Positions 50,131-62,288 of a stretch of DNA of 64,000 nucleotides are shown one piece after another. Positions within the stretch are counted from its first letter, which is position 1, and each line of letters begins with the position of its first letter. The position numbers and the translations under genes were made by a program. The notes beneath the pieces were generated by a model. The model saw only the letters and a list, made by a program, of their open reading frames with translations, made no database searches and was not told where the DNA came from. The stretch comes from Laetmonice hystrix. Its lineage: Eukaryota. The stretch is from assembly GCA_965235115.1 (NCBI GenBank), contig OZ249441.1, positions 27,714,001 to 27,778,000 on the forward strand. The letters are read 5' to 3'.

Positions 50131-53100
50131 AGGGCAGCGTGTAATCGTGACTCCATCAAACCGCCTGCGACTCCAGCCTCAGCTCATCATTCACACATAT
50201 CAAGAGCGATCAATTAGAGACCCTTAAGTTTACCAACAATAGCCGCCTATTGTGTCCTCCGGGCCTATTGTCGGACTCGGACCAGCTCCGCCCATGGAGA
50301 GAAAAGCGCACACTCATCAGGCCCACCATGCACGCGCAGCCGACTGATGTGACCCATTTGTCGTCGTGCCCCCAACCACTTGAGGCATTTAATCTTTCTT
50401 CGGAAATGATGAGTTATCGTCAGGGTTTGGGTGGTAAAAGAACGAACTGGTTCGCTGTGGTAGGAAAGTGCCGGTGGTATTATTACATGGCCGGAAAGGT
50501 GATTGGAATTGCTTCAATAGGCCGATCGATGAGGGCGCCAACCCGGCGTTATTAGAGCCTCCGCCTCAACAGCCTTGGCCTTAGGACCTGTCGCCAGCAC
50601 TCGCTTAAAACCTTGATGGTCTCTAGGAAACAAAAAGAAAATCACGATCCGCTCGCATTTTTATTTTTTTGTTCAGGTTTTAACAACCCACTGTCGAAAA
50701 AGAAGCGGGTCACGGCGCGGTTTTACCGATATTGCCGTTAATCAGAACGAACCCACAATAGTGTTGGAGAGAAAACAAAACCTTGAAGGAGACCCATTTT
50801 TCTTTCTGCTCCATGAAGCAATGGTTTCCCCCTCAGTTGTTGCTGGTATGGGGTTTAGAGAAGGCCGCTGTTTAATTAATAGGGTGGAGTGGGAATCGGA
50901 GACAGTTCAGTGGAGCCAGCAATGATTCTTCACTACTAATAGTGCCCGGGATAATTGAAAAACATAACCCACACAGCTGCCTGGAGCCGACCTGGGGTGC
51001 AGGTAGACCCTGCTGGCTCTGACACGTGTTTGTTCTAGAAATCAGGTTAATTTGACATTGGTGTGGCGACCAGATGACAAGACACTGAGATGACTTAAAA
51101 GGATGAGGCAAGGTGCGTCTTCCAGGAGGAGGATGGAGGAGGAAGGATGGCAGCTGATGAAGCCAAGATGATGATATGCGATGTTGGGGTTTCCGCTTGG
51201 ATTCTACACGATTCGGGTTGTGGCGGCGCCAATGTAACAATGTCAACAACGGGGGGCAATGGGATCTGTAAGAACCTTAATGGAATAGAATGGTTGAAGT
51301 AGGGTGGGGTGGGGTGGGGGGTAGTTTTCCTTGTCACCATTCTAGGGTGACAGTGGGACATGTTGAAGGTATAACCACATTGCTACGTCTCCATTTTTGG
51401 TATATGTGTGTTTGGGGCGGAGGGGGGGGGCGGGAAGCAGCCAGTCACACAATCATGTTTCCACGTTGCCCTCGCTCCCCACCCCCACCCCCCACCACCA
51501 CCGCCACTCCATAGAACTGTTCTGGTCCTACTGACAGTATGTCATATCAGATTCGGGCCCCCAACAAGGCTCAATTACTGGAGAAGAACTCTGTAATCAG
51601 GAGGGCTCGTGTTCCGTGGTCGCCTACAACCAGCCAGCCCCACACACGGCATGACGGGTTGGCTTTAGGAAGATTTGTGCCGAGTCAGTGAACACTTGTG
51701 TAATCAGCGCTCTCTCTCATTGGGCATGGCACCAATTGTGAATGTAACATGGTACATGGCACCAGTTGTGTCGGCCATGGTATCATTGTTTGCTGGCGGA
51801 TTGGCTTTCGTCAAATGAGGCTGTCCTTTCACAAGTTCTTGGATAACATGTGCTGGGCGTACATGAGGGTTAGAAGATGTGGGTGTGGCGGGGAGGGAGG
51901 TTGTTAGACGTTCTTTGATGAGGTGGTATAGAAGGCGTGAATGCTGGAAGGTGTCACCAGTGTCGGACTCCATGGAAAAAAAGACTGCGTCCTCCCCCCA
52001 ATATCTACTGGGTAGTCTTAAAATGACAGATTTATAGCATAAAGACAAATTCGCGACGCATAATTCTCAACTTTGTATAGAAGATAAGCTAACATTAGTG
52101 TTCTCACTAAAAGAAGAGCCTCAAAAGTTATCTTTTTTGGTGGATATTGGTGGATTTTGAGGTCTATTATTATTTGCCACCCCGTGGTTTTGAGTATCGT
52201 ACCCTTACCCAATCGTTCCATGTTTCTGTCGGACATGACCGAGTAGCAAGACCGGTACATGTACCTGACAATGTTCATTAACTGCGCTCGGCCCTTTGTG
52301 ACTGCCCTGATGGGTTGCGTGATTGACCTGGTTCTCCCTAGATGTCCCCACACCCCACCATTGCATGGTATCAGCCCAGTGTCCGGGCCTATACGTGCGT
52401 ACGGCTGGCGTGCTCATCTGGCTGTCGGTGGTCACACAGTCCCTGCCCGGTCGGTGGCTGGCTGCTGGCCAGACGTCTTCAATTGGTGTAGAATAGGTAG
52501 GACTCGTGTCGTGCTGTGTGGCTGGGATCCAGTGGCTGAGGTGTGGGTGGGTGGGATGAATACAACTGTAATGATCGAGGCGGAGTCCTCGTGCCAACCA
52601 GGATATACTAATGGTAGATCCCCCATGCTAACGTCGCCATGAATTCTCTTGATTGGATGTAAAGATTTATCATTATTTCTGGCCCCAGACATAAACGTAC
52701 TCCTTACTTGGTCAGTACCCCCCCCTCCCCCCCACAACAATTATCCCTACCCCTAGCACGGCTCTATATCCTCATCCCGACCCCCAGTAGAGTAAGGGCA
52801 TGCTTGTCGATGTCAAGTCAGTGAGGATATTTCATCTGGGGCGATTTTCCCTGCGATTTCCTGCCATCATCTGAACCTGCGATTTACATGTACTTTGCGT
52901 TTCTATTTTCCGTGTCATTTTTTATTAAATTCCATAAACCAGCAGGGTTTTAGTCTTACTGAATGTGTGCAGTGTGATATTTCCTTGTTGAGCCCATCAT
53001 TTGCTTTCAGACAAAAGATGAAGTTATGCGTCAACAATAGTTTTGTTTCTGGTGTACAGCTGCATGCCCTCGTTTCCATTTTTTAAAGAAAAGCTATGAG

Positions 53101-53589
53101 AGGTATATCGACACAATGGCGTGTTTGAGCATGCCAAGTCATATAGATTCCGGCGTCATTTTGCGCATGTTCATCTCCGTTTTTCTCTGTCCTGCTCTAC
53201 TTCCGGCAGACAAAAGTATTCATTCTTATACCGTTTTTTTTGTTTGTTCTCCTTATTACATACGGTTGGCATTATTCTGAGCTGAAAATGTTGTACCTGT
53301 AGGGTGAAAAAGACACCCCGACAGATGCACAGAATCTCTCTTTATAATGTAGAGATCCTCATGCAGACATGCAAATATGTCATTTGTTGACCGAATTCTT
53401 TTGCCGGTCAATAGCGTATTAAGTTGTCGCTCTCGGATTGGCTTTGATGTACTAACCGGCACTCGTGCTGCCCTGGCTTACAGTCTGATGTCTGTCAGGT
53501 AACAATGACCCGAAATTTGCCTACAAAGGGATACTGGCTTCTCATTCTTGAAATTGATCTATTTTTTCAATCAAGGCGAAATTAGGGCG

Positions 53590-53688
53590 TGGTGCTGGCA
53601 GAAGGGCTGTGGTGCAGGCAGAGGGGCTGTGGTGCAGGCAGGAGGGTCGTGGTGCAGGCAGAGGGGCCGTAGTGCAGGCAGAGGGTGG
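53590..53688. repeat. Minisatellite H, 20-bp unit, about 5 copies
   Basis: gtggtgcaggcagaggggct repeated in tandem. Confidence 0.9.
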
Positions 53689-56325
53689 CTGCATGGGGAG
53701 ACGAGCGACGGATTGCAATTTCAGAAAAGAAGCTTTTTGTCGGCAGTTGAGATCAGTTCATCAGATGTACAGAGCCGGCTTTGATCATAAAGCGGGTCTT
53801 ATACTAAACCGGCGGCGAAAAGATTGGACCGGAAGTCGGGGAGGATTCTCTGGCAGCCGCCTTCAGCGTTTGGACCTGCTGGGTCAAAATCGGTCCAATG
53901 GATGAAGATTATACAGTGCCTTGAAAAATCAGTCGTCCAAAATCTGTTTGGTGAGGTGCAGCGTCTTGACGGTTTGGCCTAATGATGGAGCTAGGCCTGG
54001 AAGTTGTCTAAATCTCGGACGAACCGGAAGATCTATACTAGTTCTTCAGTGTGTAAAACAAGAAAATCTCTACGGATTGTGATCTATAGCTCTGTCAGCC
54101 TCTATCAATATACGGACAACAGATCCATGCAGACTGAGGACTTCAAACTCGACCATTTGTTTTATATGTTCACAAGAGTGACTATATAGTACCAGGGTAA
54201 TTAATGTATGGAAAATTGACTTTCAGAAGTCAATCGGACAGCTCAAATTCAGCCTTCAGGAAGAAGGCAGTTTGATTGAACTGAATGAAGGCGTTCGACT
54301 TGTTCCTTTTTTTTTTTTAGCAAATTCGACAGATGGAAGCCATTTTCATGGGAATATTAGACATGACGGCGGTGCTTCACATGTCCCAGCAAAAAAGACA
54401 AGACCGTTGAATTAATGCATATTTTGCAATTAAGGTTTATTTTTCTGGTTGTGAGTTCCTTTCTCACTAATGTCAGGTTTTAGGAACGCTTGTCGTGGCG
54501 AGTCCACTTAGAAAACCAAGAAGGCGAACCGTTTTGTAGCTGACAGTATAAAGAAGCTATTTCATGGCTGAGTGGGTCAGTTAGAGTGGCCGTAACGTTG
54601 TGTTTACACCGATTCCAGTTGCTGATTGATGAGACTTTTGACCGTTAATGCCATTTCAATGGCCGGATCTACATCATAATAGCGCCATTAGCATACAAAA
54701 TATCGTCCTTCACGTGAGGGCTGTCGTGTATGTGGGTATTGTTGGGCCGTTAGCAGCCTTCGCCCAGCCACTTTGAAGAGATGCACGGTTCCTGATGGAC
54801 CAAATCTGATGGGCGAAGTCAGATGGCATTTTTGACAAGCATGCCCCGTGGGCTGTGCACACACGTGCCTGTCGCGAGTAATAAATCAATGCCAGGGAGG
54901 GAGAGGAGTGAGTCTGGGTGATAGATTGAGGAGTCGTGGGTACTGATTGATATTTGTCTTCCTCCCCCCGACTTCACCCCTTTTCATGTCATCCCGTCGC
55001 CAACCTGTGTCTCACCTTGCCGGCTGGTGTCAATGGTTGGACGGGTGGGGTGGGGTTTGATACAACCAGGTGGGTTCAACTGGCGGCGATATGGGCCCGT
55101 CCGACCGCCCAGAGTGACCGCCCAACGTCTGGACCTGTCTACGGGGCTTTAACTAGGGCCCATTGTCCGACGGCCAGCGCCAGGCCATTGTCGACATTGT
55201 CGGAGCTGACGGCCGTTGGCGCTGCCCCACCCCGACCCACCATTATCAGGTCTTGTTAGGGAAATCCCCCCCCCCCCCACTCGCTCTCTCTCGCTCTCTC
55301 TGCCCCCCCCCCCTTCCTTAGAAAACTGTATCTCCTCGCGACCAGGGATCGGAGATTTGATACAGGAATGAAAGGTAGAAATCTCCGCATAATTACACGG
55401 CCGGATATCGGCACGTGAACGAGTAGCCGTGGGTCGAGGGTGGGTTGACAGACGGTTTGCCTGATTACAACTCGTTATCTCAACCTGCCCCACGCGTCTC
55501 AGCCACCGGCTGCAGCAGATTAATGAGACTTCATCATCAGTTTGTCATACTTGTGTTTTCACTGCAGTGAAATTATACCCTGATAATATCTGTATCGGTG
55601 AGGGGTAGATCCTCATGATAACATTTCTACGAAATTCTGGTGAAGAAATTTAACTATCCATGTTCCTTACCCCAAACCATCCCTCAACCCTAGTCCCGGT
55701 CATCAGACCTCCCCTCAAACCCCCTAACCCCCCAAACCCCTCCAAAAATAAGATCATCCATATCCATGACCCTCCAACCAACCCCCAACCCTCAAAAAAT
55801 CATCATTAATCCATGGCCCTCCTCCCAACCTCAAAAACTCCTCCCTATCCATGGCCCTGCCCCTAACCCTGACCCCATATTTCGTAGGGCAGTAACCTTG
55901 CTGGGGGAGTCCGGACGTGGTTAACAGGATGGCACACCTGGCTGTATTTAACATAATACGGAGGCACGTCATCGATTCCGCTTCAATTTTCCCTGGATGC
56001 TGAGATCAGATAGGGCTGATTTCGAACTTTCTCCCCATCAGAAAGCAAAATGACATCAGGCCAGCATCACTATCTGTTTCCAGGTGACTTGTGTTTGGCG
56101 ATGTGATACTCTGTGGGCGACTGTTGTCAGTGAGATGGTTTAGGGGCAGTGATTGGTGAGATTTCACAGTTGGCTAACAGTTATCATCAGACTGGTATGA
56201 TACGAGACGGCCCCAGTCAAAGACTGACAATGACATTGCTGGGGTTCGGGAGTTGATGGTATAATGATTAACCGTTAACGGGGAGGGAGATAGGCGGGCA
56301 CAGGTTGCATCCGGGCATCTGGCCT

Positions 56326-56426
56326 TATTGGTTTGGTGAGGGGCAGGTACTGGTAGGACCTGCGTTTGGTGAGGGTCAGATACTGGTAGGACAATGCGTT
56401 GGGTGAGGGTCAGATCTATACTGGTA
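56326..56426. repeat. Short degenerate tandem repeat, about 33-bp unit, 3 copies
   Basis: tttggtgagggtcagatactggtaggac(c/a)tgcg variants. Confidence 0.75.
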
Positions 56427-59400
56427 TTTTCCATTTTCTACCATCATACCCGGACAAGGCCGGGCCGGCCGTGTGGACCAGTATATGGCCCTTACATTAT
56501 TTTCTCAGTGCTGTGAGTTCTGTCTCAACCAGTCAATGAGCACCTTGTTATCATATCGAGAGTTGTCGGACACTGGACAATGTACCGGTACTTGGTAGTT
56601 CTCGAAACAAAGTTTGCTTTCTATGATTCCAATGTTTTAAACTACCTATTTCATGACATGAGTTTCTGTACGCCTGATCTAAATATGACCAAATCAATTC
56701 ATCGCATACCAACTCGACAATATTGCTTTAATGATTTAGAAGCTTTGTACATTGTAACAATGCCAGGCCATATGATTGTTGCATGTGGTTGCATGTTTAC
56801 GTGTCAGACCTAATCTGATCCTTGCCCTTTCCCATCTATTTATAGCGTTTATAGTATACATGTTGTACCTTTTTTTTCGGGCCGTTGTGCTGAGACCTTT
56901 GTGTGGGGCCAAAAGAGGACAACAGCGGTTGGTCCATTATGCCGTCAAAATGTCAACCAATGAATGCCGTCGATTCTTTCTCTTAACGTGTCAGCGCTGC
57001 CGTTTATATCTAAATTGGACAGATATTAGGGGGAAAATGACTGCCTTGTTTAATGAGATGATTGTTACAGGGTGCCCAGCACGCCTATATTTCCTATAAA
57101 TTCCTATATTTTTCTTGCCATCCTATAAATTCCTATATTTCAGGAAAATTCTTATGAATTCCTATATTTGAAAATTTCTGTAAGCATGTATGTATTGATA
57201 TGATAATTTTCATTGTGGAAACCCAGATTAAAGTCCTGATAAAAGTACTTCATAAATATATTATTACTCAAGACTGATTATCCATTTAAGGTAATGTTAA
57301 ATTAAAACATATTTTGACTGTTTGTATCTGATACTCTTTTATCAACTTTATAAAAAGTGGTGGTGACGGAAGGTTGTAGGGGTGGTGAAAGCTTTCGTGA
57401 ATATACACAAATGTGTTCTTTTGCAATTTTAGAAGCTACCATGTACCTCGATCTTGCTATAATAATCTTATAATCGCCTATAAAAATATATTCCAATAGT
57501 TTTGATTTGAAAATTCCTATAATATTTTTTTGTGTAAACTGTTAGTCACCATGTTGTATATTATACTGGTTATTATGCACGATAGAATGGCCTGTACATA
57601 TGTATTCAGATATCATCGTGGTTAGAATTAAACCCGTATATAACTTGAACCCGTGAACGCTACTTTTGATGAAAAAGTTCTCTGTCAGTCATTTAACGCC
57701 TGCCTAAAACGGGAGTTGTTATTGTAAATATGTTCTCAGATTAGAAAAGAAGAGGGGCTCAGATTAACTACTGTTACTGTTTCCTTGTGTTTGTTACTGT
57801 TTCCTTGTGTTTACACAAATCACATAATAGAGTCCATGGACATTGCACATTTATAATAGCTGCCATTTAGTTTTCATTTCTTCCACCAATTTACACATTA
57901 AGGTAGGTTTCACGTAACGCCAGCTTTTCAAAATAAATGTACATGACATGAGTATAGATCTCATGTGAGATAATATTTTTATTTAAGAAATCATTATATT
58001 GTATAATATTGAGATAATACTTATTGGGGTTAATACGGTTCTTCCTTTGTTTCCGCTCTCATTTTCCACCGTTTTGACTTCATGCCTGAGTACCATTTGC
58101 AAGGATTGTGAACTTACCGCCCCTGTACGTATCATGTGAAACACATTGTGCTTGCTTTCAATGGTTTCAATATGTGAAGATTGAATAGAGGAAATAGGAG
58201 TAATTTGGCCAAGCCCAACCCTCTCCTAACGTGGCTACAGTTCTGATTACTATGTAAAGTAAAAATACTTTCCAACACGCAAGTTGGCACAATCTGTACA
58301 CTGTTGCGGTGTTAGATGTCATCAATCAGGGATTGCTAACTACATAGAGTCTGTGAACTGTGTGTTATGTGTGTGTGAACGTAACCATCCAAGTGAACAC
58401 ACACTGCCATTGTTCACATTGTGTATTACTGACATCCAGCAGATGGGAGCGAGGGGGGAGGGTTGAGGTATCGCAGCACTATATAATAGGGAATTACTAC
58501 ATCCTGTGTGGTTATCAGTGGTAGAGCCAGGTGCAGGGGTAATTCCATGAAAGTGATTGGTCTGTACAGATAGGTACAGAGGGTGAGGGTGAGGGTATAT
58601 ATATATAGAAGAGCCCTGGGAATGTGTTGTAAGTGCTGTAAATCATTTGGTTTTCAACCTGTGTAGAAGTGAATATTTTATGCTTGTTCTGTTAACTTAT
58701 CAACATCAAAGATAATGTTCGTCCTGATTTCTCTTCTTTATTTTTGTTGGCCTTAACTCATCTAAGTTAATAGTATTTGTATGGATCCTTTCCCAGTTTC
58801 CAAGCTCGTAATCGAAGTAAGTAATGCAAGTAAAAACGTTGTGTTTGGATTGGTCATCTGCAAATGAATAAAATGAAAGCCTAAATGAATTAATGGAAGT
58901 CATCACGACGATGGAATTTTGTATCCTATTTCCATTATAACTATAAAAATAGCAGTGAATAGCTAATAGTTTAAATCACACCAATGTCCTATTTCATGTA
59001 GCTATAAAACCAGGAAGCTAACTGATTATCCTCAATGTCATTTTAGTCAGACATGATATGATGCTAGTTCCTTGCCTTCATCCTGTATAGAATAGTTCAT
59101 AGGTTCATATGTGGGTGCTGTCGGCAAAGTTTGATACGGTATTCCGGGTTGTCGTAACAGTACCCCGCTCCGTAGTAACAATACCCGCTCTTTACGAAAC
59201 AGTAGACAGTGATTCCTAGGAACAATACCCGCAGTAAAGGAACAACAACAACGCCCTAGGAACAATGGCAGTCCTCAGTTTATAGGAAAATTACCCGGAG
59301 AAAGGAAAGCACACCTTCACTGCTCAGAGATACTCCCTAGGCCTCGGGGGTAACAATGATCCTTCAGCTCCGCCCAGGCTACTCTTGAAAGGCGACGAAC

Positions 59401-59525
59401 GGGGTGAGGTCTTGTATGGGGAAGTGGTCGAGTGTCTGATTGAAGAATTGAAGAAAGATGAGTAGTCAAGTTTTTGCCTCAAAAATCAGCAGGAATACTG
59501 CCGACAGGCCGTCAAACTCGAAATT

Positions 59526-60960
59526 CACTCAGCCACTACTCAGAGAGAAGGCATCTTGTCGCTATGGCACAGCCCGGGCTGACTGGAACTCACTCAGTCA
59601 CTGCTCAGACAGAAGGCATCTTGTCGCTATGGCACAGCCCGGGCTGACTGGAACTCACTCAGTCACTGCTCAGACAGAAGGCATCTTGTCGCTATGGCAC
59701 AGCCCGGGCTGACTGGAACTCCCTCAGTCACTGCTCAGAGAGAAGGCATCTTGTCGCTATGGCACAGCCCGGGCTGACTGGAACTCACTCAGTTACTGCT
59801 CAGAGAGAAGGCATCTTGTCGCTATGGCACAGCCCGGGCTGACTGGAACTCCCTCAGTCACTGCTCAGAGAGAAGGCATCTTGTCGCTATGGCACAGCCC
59901 GGGCTGACTAGAACTCACTCAGTCACTGCTCAGAGAGAAGGTATCTTGTCGCTATGGCACAGCCCGGGCTGACTAGAACTCACTCAGTCACTGCTCAGAG
60001 AGAAGGCATCTTGTCGCTATGGCACAGCCCGGGCTGACTGGAACTCACTCAGTTACTGCTCAGAGAGAAGGCATCTTGTCGCTATGGCACAGCCCGGGCT
60101 GACTGGAACTCACTCAGTCACTGCTCAGAGAGAAGGCATCTTGTCGCTATGGCACAGCCCGGGCTGACTAGAACTCACTCAGTCACTGCTCAGAGAGAAG
60201 GTATCTTGTCGCTATGGCACAGCCCGGGCTGACTAGAACTCACTCAGTCACTGCTCAGAGAGAAGGTATCTTGTCGCTATGGCACAGCCCGGGCTGACTA
60301 GAACTCACTCAGTCACTGCTCAGAGAGAAGGTATCTTGTCGCTATGGCACAGCTCGGGCTGACTGGAAGTCACTTAGTCACTGCTCAGAGAGAAGGCATC
60401 TTGTCGCTATGGCACGTACAGCCCGGGCTGACTGGAACTCACTCAGTCACTGCTCAGAGAGAAGGCATCTTGTCGCTATGGCACCGCTCGGGCTGACTGG
60501 AAGTCACTTAGTCACTGCTCAGAGAGAAGGCATCTTGTCGCAATGGCACAGCCCGGGCTGACTGGAACTCACTCAGTCACTGCTCAGAGAGAAGGCATCT
60601 TGTCGCTATGACACAGCCCGGGCTGACTGGAACTCACTCAGTCACTGCTCAGAGAGAAGGCATCTTGTCGCTATGGCACAGCCCGGGCTGACTAGAACTC
60701 ACTCAGTCACTGCTCAGAGAGAAGGTATCTTGTCGCTATGGCACAGCCCGGGCTGACTAGAACTCACTCAGTCACTGCTCAGACAGAAGGCATCTTGTCG
60801 CTATGACACAGCCCGGGCTGACTGGAACTCACTCAGTCACTGCTCAGAGAGAAGGCATCTTGTCGCTATGGCACCGCTCGGGCTGACTGGAAGTCACTTA
60901 GTCACTGCTCAGAGAGAAGGCATCTTGTCGCTATGGCACAGCCCGGGCTGACTGGAACTC
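59526..60960. repeat. Minisatellite I, 65-bp unit, about 22 copies
   Basis: cactcagtcactgctcagagagaaggcatcttgtcgctatggcacagcccgggctgactggaact; period 59591 to 59656. Confidence 0.97.
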
Positions 60961-62288
60961 GACACTTCCCAAAGGGTACAGCGAAGTGGGACAGTGATGA
61001 CAATCGATGACATGGTGTCAAAAGTTTGTATTAAGGTGGCAGTAATGAGGGTTGGCCGTAAGGATCGGAACAAATCAATAGACGGCACCTGGCCATTCCG
61101 ACAGCGGCAGATAAACCATTTCTACACCAGTCACCATGTGGTGCCACTGAATGAACAAGTCGGAGAATATCGGGAGTCTGTCAGCAATAGGTCCTTGTGG
61201 AGCCTGACCAAAGACGTACCGTTATCGTTGTCATCCCGACATTCGACTGCTGCTGTTATTAGATCGTCCCAAGAATGTTAAAACCAGACGCGGATGTAAC
61301 TTCACAACATTAGTCGTGCCCTTCCGAAACCATGGTAGATGCGGTTTGTTTTTGCCAAATGTTCTTTAAGTGTTTTTTTCTCCCTTCTATAAAACTGATT
61401 TATTATTACTAATTCTTTATCCCCTGGAAGGTTCAGTCTTTGAGAGAACTGAATAAAGGTTTGCAGGGCAGGTGAGCAGGTTTTTAGGAACGCTATTTGT
61501 CTTTTCACCATTGTATGAAAGAAAATAAAGGCTACCTGTTTGACACGTTGTCTGTGTATTATCAGAGTCGGCCCGAATCTTTGAAGAAAACAACATGAAC
61601 AACAGTCTAGGACGACGACAATCAATTCTATTTGACAATGCAAAGGTCATATATAGAAAGTAAAGGATTAGACTATGTATGATGGACAACCGACGTCGGC
61701 GAGGGTAAAGTGGACGTTTTGAAAGCTGCTGTCATTGTCTGTGCAAGCTAATGTCAGACGTCACGAAGGGACCTTGGTTGGAGGCACCTGTTGTGGTGAT
61801 GACTTGATCTTTTCTTGGTCAGCTAACGTCTAGGTGTTTGTCTGGACAAGTCCTGCCTTATTATACAGCCCGTCTGGAAGATTTAAAAAAAACCTGCAAA
61901 CTGCAGGTTAAATGGGAAAAAGCTTATATATATGCAGTGCTGGTTTTCTTGAGAGGGGGGAAAACAAAAGACCTCGTGTTTAGAAGAAAAACATTTTGTC
62001 GCCATAAATTCGGCTTGGTAAGGAACATTCAGAATACGCAGTGCGTGTTAGTATGGGTAACCGTCATCTTGCTTTCGGTGTAGTGAGCTGTTTGAGCTCT
62101 TTGATATCACCTCAGGTGTTGGAAATCGTATCCCTGGACCTGTCGCCGGTAAGTGATATAAAGTGGTTTGGGTAATGATACAGGAGAGAGGCCGAGTGAT
62201 GGTCCTGTTAGGTCAAAGGTTTGTTTTACTGGCGGGTAGTGAGCGAAATGATAACTGGTTGGTGTGAGGGTTACAACATACATCCTCA

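Noticed and set aside
53720-53750. EKKLFVG as an RRM start
   Set aside because: A stop codon follows after one further residue.
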